Source: Cyanidioschyzon merolae (Eukaryota). Taken from it: a stretch of DNA of 64,000 nucleotides. Below are positions 62,901-64,000 of the stretch, one piece after another; the stretch's first letter is position 1; every line of letters begins with the position of its first letter. The stretch lies in the NCBI GenBank assembly GCA_000091205.1, contig AP006495.2; one strand, given 5' to 3'. The position numbers were made by a program, and so were the translations under genes. The notes under the pieces were generated by a model. The model worked only from the letters and a program-made list of their open reading frames with translations. It made no database searches and was not told where the DNA came from.

Positions 62901-64000
62901 CTGGTGTGACACCACCAGCAACATTGCGGACACGCACTTGCTGCACTACGACATGAATATCTCGATGAGCACAGCGAAAAAATGTGTTTCCAAGGCGCCC
63001 TGCAGCTTTATGTCGTGCGAGAGTTATATTTTTTGAAAGAATCGTCTTGTACTCATTGTAGGCAGTGTACTGCAACGCCGGAACCTTGTGCTGAAAACCG
63101 AATCAGAGGCCAGGAGAGAGAGCGCCTTGGCGTTCCGCCTCGTGCACTGCACTAGCATGGGCTGCTTCAAAAACCATACATTTCAGTCGATCGTAAAAAC
63201 GTTCGGCGATCATAGAATGCAGATGAACACACACCCGCAGCCGCCTCCCAGCCTTTTGTGACCGGCTGACTGCTATCGGTTCCAGTTTCTCCCTGCACTC
63301 TTCGAGCCTGAGAGGCTGCTACACCAAGTTAAATCGCGTCAGCTTCTTGAGACTTGTTTTCAGCACCACATATCTTCTGATATTAATGGCAGCATTGAAG
63401 TCGTTGTTTACGAAATCCAATCGTTTCATGCCTCTGAATAAACGCACCAATGCAAGGAGTGCAAGAACTCGTGCGCTCGTTGCCACTAGAGTCTCGCGAT
63501 TGTACCGTCAGAAAAGCACCTTTTCTCGCCTATCTGCTTTCCTGTCGTTCTTCGTCAGTTGCTCTTCTTCGCTTGATGGTCGACGAGATCAGGATTGTAT
63601 TCGTTTTGTATCCGGTACCCGGCACTGACAGCCGGCCAGAATCCGAGTCTTCCATTTCCATACTTTTCACTTGGATTTTGTAGTTCTGCAGTTGGACGCA
63701 CTCGGAGCGCATCTGCTATAACCTGCGAAAAAGCATTTCGTGATACGCACCTGACGGCGGAATACCATTGCGGTGAAAGACAAGAAGGTAGACACGTCGG
63801 TTGTTCATCGCCACATCGCCCGATGATACGCAGCGTCTGCGCATCGCATCGTCCTATTTTGTCCATTTACGTATACGATTGTTCCTAGTCGCCATGTAGA
63901 CACGTTGTCCACATGCATCCCATCTTATACAACAACTTCCACGTGCCCTGGATCCCTAGTGTCTCTCGATCCCGGCGAGCGTACGCCTCCGCGGGCGCAT

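Noticed and set aside
1-64000. Possibility that the window is a prokaryotic defence or accessory island (a sigma-70 factor, LrgB and photolyase are present)
   Set aside because: The gene content is overwhelmingly eukaryotic: SmD1, Dcp1, cyclin, F-box/LRR, glucosidase II, a eukaryote-type tRNA-Ala with Pol III T-run, and polyQ/trinucleotide repeats. The sigma factor and LrgB homologue are the plastid-targeted nuclear versions. No CRISPR repeats, operon structure or RBS-spaced gene arrays were seen.

Overview
This 64-kb window looks like nuclear DNA from a GC-rich (~55-58%), intron-poor, gene-dense photosynthetic eukaryote, not a prokaryote. Long uninterrupted ORFs encode typical eukaryotic proteins (SmD1, Dcp1 with polyQ, cyclin, F-box/LRR, glucosidase II alpha, 2xRRM protein). 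Several products are plastid- or photorespiration-related and nuclear-encoded: a sigma-70 factor with an N-terminal extension, a PLGG1/LrgB glycolate-glycerate translocator, and a plant-type cryptochrome. Together with a tRNA-Ala(AGC) carrying an ectopic intron, this is reminiscent of a cyanidiophyte red alga or a similarly compact alga; that taxonomic placement is inference. About 21 protein genes are supportable (roughly one per 3 kb), plus one tRNA and one frameshifted paralog. Intergenic regions contain several minisatellites (116-bp x3, 48-bp x~9, 63-bp x5, 93-bp x4, 109-bp x2), microsatellites ((CTG)10, (GCAG)12, (GCN)~20, (CA)n, polyA/polyC) and a dispersed composite repeat family of about 1.4 kb in at least 3-4 diverged same-orientation copies. 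I found no CRISPR array, rRNA or prokaryotic defence island. The most unusual items are: the repeat family, one copy abutting the tRNA gene; a 48-bp array in the divergent promoter between the alanine/glyoxylate-type aminotransferase and PLGG1; a secreted trefoil(P)-domain protein 3 kb from a GH31 glucosidase; a cryptochrome with a ~650-aa low-complexity C-terminal extension; and tandem repeats placed at three convergent gene 3' junctions.
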